From Candidatus Lindowbacteria bacterium RIFCSPLOWO2_12_FULL_62_27 (GTDB lineage: Bacteria; Lindowbacteria; 2-12-FULL-62-27): 64,000 nucleotides of DNA. A model generated the notes under the pieces. The model was not told where the DNA came from. It did no database searches and saw only the letters and a program-made list of their open reading frames with translations. Numbering within the stretch: the first letter of the stretch is position 1; every line of letters begins with the position of its first letter. Below, one piece after another: positions 58,838 to 64,000 of this stretch. Where the stretch lies: positions 1-64,000 of the forward strand of contig MFPR01000003.1 of assembly GCA_001784175.1 (NCBI GenBank), in the 5' to 3' direction. A program made the translations under genes and the position numbers.

Positions 58838-61416
58838 ATGAAGTCAACTCGAATCGTTGGGCTGCTCGTTGGGCTGCTGTCGGCGTGTCTGGCCGGATTT
58901 CTATTGGCATGGGCTAGCCCCGCAAACGCCGTTCAGGTGGACGGTCCTGTGGCCGCCAGGGAAACTTACAGCCCGGGCGACGCAGTCGAAGTTTCGATCA
59001 AGGTCGTCAACGACGGCGCCAAAAAATAATATTTATCCCGCTTCTGGACATCGACGGGCCGAATGGCGAGCCGGTTTACCGCGGTGCGCAGGACCGGCTC
59101 ATGAGAAAGAAAAAGGTCCGGCTTGTGGCGGGGAAATCCGAGACGGTCAGGTTCAGATTTGACCTCTCTCGCGATGCCCCGCAAGGGACCTACCGCGCCC
59201 GCGCGGCGCTTCGAAGTCCCTTCTCATCAAAACCTTTTTACCGTCATCGTAACGGGGAACTGATGGACGTGTTCATGGTTGCCGGGGGCGCCTCGGCTCC
59301 GGAAACCACGCCTATTTCGGCCGTCCCCGCGGTCCCTGAAATCCCGCCATTGCCCGCGCCCGAATTGGCCGGACCGCCGGATGAGCAGGCCAAAAATATT
59401 CTCCGGCTCATCCAGGACGCTTATGCGCGCAAGGACCTCGACGGTATCGTGCAGTATCTTTCTCCGACCGCGGTCATCGCCCTCCCCTCCGGCCGGCAGG
59501 ATGTTTCTACCTATCGGCGGACACTTGGATCGCTGTTCATGGCGCTGGACAATCCGCGGTGGGAATATGAAATCGTCTCCGTCAGCCCGGACCCCAAGAG
59601 CGGCGCGATCCGCGTCAGGGTTCAATCCACCTATTCCGCAAATCTGATTGAGTTGATCGGCGTCAATCCCGCGGCGCTGGAACGGGCCGGTGAGCCGCCG
59701 GCCCTGCAGTCGCGGGTTCTCGAATCGTTTAAGGCCTCTGCGGGGGAAATATTCGAATTCCGGCCGGATGTCTCCGGGCAGATGCGGATCGTCGAACTGG
59801 CATCGGTCCTGCGGCTCGATCCAACGATTGCAGACCAGATCGCGGAGCTGACGGCCACGTGGGAGTCCAAGGTCGCCATTGTTTCACTTTTTTTCTATCT
59901 TGAGGAGAAAGAGGTGGACAAGTTCGCCTCCCTCATCCACGAGAAATTCATCAACAATGACGACAACTCCTTCAACCACGGCAGGACCGAATTCCTTGAA
60001 TCGGTCCGCGCCGACCTCGATCATCTCTCCAATTTCGACCACGGCGTCCGGGTGGAGTCGATCCTGTTCAACAGCGACCGTTCGGAGGCGCGCGTGCCGG
60101 TCACGTGGGACCGCCGCGCGCGTATCGGCAACACCAAGTCGGAGTGGACGGTCAAGGACAGAAAAACCGTTTTCACCTTGAAGCGCGGGTCCGGATTCAA
60201 ACTCGCTCAAATCGAGGGCAGTCCCTTGTTCGGCAATTCGAGTTTTCTCACACGCAAGACGCTGATCAACGCGGGCGAGGTCGACGCTGCGAAAGTGACG
60301 AAGGCGATCGTGGTGGACGACAAACGTGAGACAGCCGCCGCATCGAGCGCGGATGTGCCTGAACTTCCCGCGGAACAGCTTTCCAGCCTCAGCGTGAGTT
60401 CGGAAGTGACAGGCAGTATTTCGTCCAGCCCGACAACGGATCAGACATGGACAGGCAATGTCGCCTTGATGACCAGCATGACCATCCCGGCCAGCGTCAC
60501 GATTACCATCAAGGCGGCAACCGTGACAGTGGCGAATAACGTAGCGATCACAGTGGAAGGCACGGTTGACGCCACCTCGGCGTCAACTACATTCAGCATG
60601 GGTACGGGTTCCAGTATCACAATTAATGGGATATTTAATGCAACCTCCGCGACGTTCAAGAAATCATCCGGGGCTGATACATGGAGTGGGATAACGACAG
60701 GATCGGCCGCCACTGTCACCCTTTCTTCCTGCACACTCCAGGATGCGGACACGTTGGTTACCGTCAACGGCGGGTCACCCACATTTCAGAACGGGACGGT
60801 CAAACCCGGGTTTTGCGCTTTCTATATAAAGGGCGGGTCTCCGAGCATCTCGAATATTACATTTACGTCGAATACAGGGGCCGCCGCCACCGCATATGCG
60901 ATGATTATCAGCGCGGGTACAACCATCACATTCAGTGATAATACAATCTCTAACCTGACCGGCCCTGTTATCAACGGATTCAGAAGAGCTGTTCAGATCA
61001 ACAGCACTTTTTCGGGTACATATAATTCCTCTAGAAACGTCTTCGATGGTAATGCCCACTACGCCAACACCCCAGTGGGTGTCATGGCAAGCACCAGCAA
61101 TGCAACATTAAATTTTACTAATGATGTTTACAAAAACTGGTCGAATGGAATTCGAAGTGCGGGAGCCAACGAAGTCGATGAAGATGACGATGGCTCCCGG
61201 ATGACCGTCACCAACTGCGATTTTTCTCGCGGCCCTCTTGTCGGCGGAAACGGCACTGGAGACGGGACGCCCAGCAACGTCTTAAACGGCTGTTATTTCG
61301 ATAATTCCGGCAACGGAACCAGCGTAGATACGGGAACAACTGTGCCGGATTCTGCCTCTTTTTCCTATGAAGATGTGTCGAGTGTCAGCAATCCACGCTC
61401 GACGAAAAACAACTGA
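58838..61416 (+). CDS. Secreted multidomain protein (Ig/CARDB-like, two NTF2-like, beta-helix-like), split by a frameshift at A6 59021-59026
   Basis: Signal peptide from 58838; one extra A joins GAKK to IIFIPLLDIDGP in the 59101 frame; Ser/Thr/Asn-rich C-terminus. Confidence 0.7.
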
Positions 61417-61549
61417 AATGGGCTGTTCCACGATCCTGTTCGGTCTTGTGATTCCAAGAGATGACTTGAAGACCATCCGCCGGTCGGCGTTTCCATTAGA
61501 CCTGCAGGCAGGTCACTTGGATGGGCGTTTTGTTGGGGGGATCGATGCG

Positions 61550-63847
61550 GTGGCGGAGATTGGCAGGCGGTCCGTCTGCTGTCCATCCCGGTGCCCGGCC
61601 GGCATCCGGATTCTGTCGGCTCTCTGGATAGTTGCCTGTTTCTTTGGGTCGACTCCCTGTTTTGCCCTCAGCGTCATGTTCCCGGGCGAGGGCATCAAAG
61701 TCGTGACGGCGCGCGCGGGCAAGGAGATCCAGAAGGTCCGGGAGATGGACAACGACGTGGGCCGCGCGGTGGACGGGGGCCTTCGGCTGATCGACCCCAA
61801 TACGTGGGGCGTGAATTTCGATCAATTTAATTTTGCGATGACGGCGGCGGGCTACAAAAAAAGCGTGGACGGCAACAAGTCCCGTTCTTTTTTCGACCGG
61901 GGGACGCATGAGGAGGCGTCGTTCAAATTGGACGGCAAGAAGCGATATCTCCAGCTCGGCGGCGGCGAATTCAGCACGAACGCAAGCGTGCGATTCACGG
62001 ACGACCGCCAAGTCCAGCCCAAAAAACGGTGGCTCATGCAAGGCGTATATGGAACGTTCGAACGCGCCGACCGCTACAGCCTGCGTCTGGGAAATGTCAG
62101 CGGAAGCTTTTCGTCCTACTCCCTTTCGGCAAGCTCCAACGTCGGCATTCACTACACCAACAAATTCCTCGGCGACCAGTCGCCCGCGCAGGAATTCCAG
62201 ATGTATCTGGCCCGGCCCACCCGGGCCCTCGCCGCCACGTCCTTCGACCGGTTCGTCTATGGGTTTCGCCTGGGCGGTATCGGAAAATCGCGCTGGAAAT
62301 CCATCCAGCAGTTGGGCCTAAGTTACGCGAAGACAAAGGATCAGGTGGACAGTATCGAGGACACCAACGCCCGCCCGGCCAACGCGGTCGAAAATGACGT
62401 CTACGCGGTTGACGCGGATCTCAATGTGACTCCGAAACTCAACGTGAAAGCCGAGGCGGCCTATTCCCGTTTCGATCCCAACACGCAGTCCGATCCAACG
62501 GATCGCATATTCGGCTATGCATACAAGTTCAACACATCCTATCAGTCGCCTGCTCGGTGGATGTTTGACCCGGCGCGCTGGAGCCTCGGTTTCGAACACG
62601 TCGATCCGACCTACCGCGCGACTTCCGGCGGTGGGTCGGCCGACGCCCAGCGGTTCAACGGCGGCGTCTCCACGGCCCTGAAGTCCGCCTTGGATTTGCC
62701 TGACGCCCAGATCGGCTATACGTTTTCCGGGAATAAAAATAATCTCGACGGCCAGCTCGCGAGGCGGACGACCACGGAGATTCATTCGGCGAATGCGAGT
62801 TTCAAACCGTTTCAGAAATACGCGCTGGAGAAAAGCGGCGCGCGGATCAAAGAGATCGCCAAAAACATGAGCGCGTCCGCCGCCGTTCAGCAGAACAAGA
62901 ACTGGACCAGCGATAATACGACGCATACAACCACCAACAACCAGAATTATCAGCTCAATACTTCGACCGGGAGTCACACGCTTTCGACGTTCTTCCGATA
63001 TCAGATCACGACGGAGAAAACGGCGGCGACGGGAAACCGGCGGAACGAAAGCAAAGGGTTGACCTACGGATACAGGGACTTTGCGTGGCGCTTTTTCCCC
63101 GCCGCGCGTCTCCTGCCGGAACACGAGTTTAAAACCGACCTGTCTTTGAACGCAACGCAGACGCTCGACAAAACCATGGACGCGGCCGGCCGGTCGCACA
63201 ACCGGCAGTACGGCGTGACCGCGCAAACGGATGTGCGGGACGACGAGCGGCTGGACGTCAATTACTCGCTTGGGTTGACCGACAATCTCAACGAAAACAG
63301 CGATATCCGGACGACGAACTGGAAGTTCGCCTACGTGATTGAAAAATTCATCCATGCGGATGGAGAACTGGGGCTCTCGTACACGCAGAATAGGACGAGG
63401 GAAGAGATCAAGACACAGGACTACAGGGAGGAACTCTGGCGGGTGGACGCGAATTTGAAATGGGGCGGGCCGCCGGCGGAAGTGGCCGAGCTTCGCCAGC
63501 AGGTTGAGTTTGCGGTGCAGGAAATCCTGAAGACATTCGCGTCGGAGGATTATCTTGGGTTTGTGAAGCTCGTCAGCGACAATTTCAAGGCGAACCGTGA
63601 GGAACTCCTGATCAACATCCAGAATCAACTGAATATGGTGGACACGATCAAATACGACGGCGTCTGGATCAGCCGGACGGTGCCGGGGGAAGGCGGAGCT
63701 GAAGTGACATTCCTATGGCAACGCCGGTTGCGCGTAACGGCCACAGGCGCCGAGGAGCGCCAAACCGGTACGGCTTTATTTCGTCTGGAAAAATCGGGTG
63801 ATCTATTTCTCCTTCAGGAAATCCGTGAGGCCAATCCATTTTTTTGA
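61550..63847 (+). CDS. Large outer-membrane beta-barrel-like protein with a C-terminal NTF2-like domain (start uncertain)
   Basis: Signal-like ILSALWIVACFFGSTPCFA; many amphipathic strands (KAEAAYSRF, YKFNTSY); C-terminal VQEILKTFASEDYLGFVKLVSDNF. Confidence 0.65.
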   Translation: MAEIGRRSVCCPSRCPAGIRILSALWIVACFFGSTPCFALSVMFPGEGIKVVTARAGKEIQKVREMDNDVGRAVDGGLRLIDPNTWGVNFDQFNFAMTAAGYKKSVDGNKSRSFFDRGTHEEASFKLDGKKRYLQLGGGEFSTNASVRFTDDRQVQPKKRWLMQGVYGTFERADRYSLRLGNVSGSFSSYSLSASSNVGIHYTNKFLGDQSPAQEFQMYLARPTRALAATSFDRFVYGFRLGGIGKSRWKSIQQLGLSYAKTKDQVDSIEDTNARPANAVENDVYAVDADLNVTPKLNVKAEAAYSRFDPNTQSDPTDRIFGYAYKFNTSYQSPARWMFDPARWSLGFEHVDPTYRATSGGGSADAQRFNGGVSTALKSALDLPDAQIGYTFSGNKNNLDGQLARRTTTEIHSANASFKPFQKYALEKSGARIKEIAKNMSASAAVQQNKNWTSDNTTHTTTNNQNYQLNTSTGSHTLSTFFRYQITTEKTAATGNRRNESKGLTYGYRDFAWRFFPAARLLPEHEFKTDLSLNATQTLDKTMDAAGRSHNRQYGVTAQTDVRDDERLDVNYSLGLTDNLNENSDIRTTNWKFAYVIEKFIHADGELGLSYTQNRTREEIKTQDYREELWRVDANLKWGGPPAEVAELRQQVEFAVQEILKTFASEDYLGFVKLVSDNFKANREELLINIQNQLNMVDTIKYDGVWISRTVPGEGGAEVTFLWQRRLRVTATGAEERQTGTALFRLEKSGDLFLLQEIREANPFF

Positions 63848-64000
63848 TTTTGCCGCCCCTTTCCGATTCCCGCGGTGTTTCGCTCGGCCGGTGTCGGGCT
63901 TGGATTGCATCCGTTCCTCGGCCGGGATGAGAAATTTTGATGTGCTTCTTAAGACACATCCGGCCCGGCCCGGAACGCAGGCCGTATCGAGCAGCAGGCA

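Noticed and set aside
34180-64000. Prophage or ICE
   Set aside because: No integrase, transposase, relaxase or phage structural genes are visible.

Overview
GC-rich (roughly 60-65% by eye) chromosome segment from a diderm bacterium. It has outer-membrane TolC and beta-barrel genes, and four tRNAs (Leu-TAG, Lys-CTT, Val-TAC, Glu-CTC), none encoding CCA. Core content: secreted GH13 amylase and pullulanase, glycan-modification genes, an ATPase-less Zn/Mn-type uptake operon, a six-gene Ehr (hydrogenase-related, no Ni site) operon with an HTH-PtsN regulator, cysC-cysH, ileS-lspA-rluD, rph-rdgB-ugd-uxs. After tRNA-Glu comes an accessory region with a multistep phosphorelay, a damaged Clp-like ATPase, two adaptor-less RND/TolC pumps and a secreted-protein/beta-barrel cluster. 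There are six intact toxin-antitoxin pairs plus remnants, but no integrase or transposase. Main signals: (1) TA modules bordered by duplicated, collapsed fragments of their neighbouring genes, and one TA module present twice in circularly permuted form; (2) two CxxC + RxPP leader peptides, in front of a metal-uptake and a metal-efflux operon; (3) a family of GGATG-hairpin repeats behind two tRNAs and one TA module; (4) a candidate three-way-junction RNA upstream of a small Zn-finger gene; (5) an uncharacterised surface system whose secreted protein and barrel both appear to carry NTF2-like domains. All family calls come from motif recognition by eye; no searches were run.
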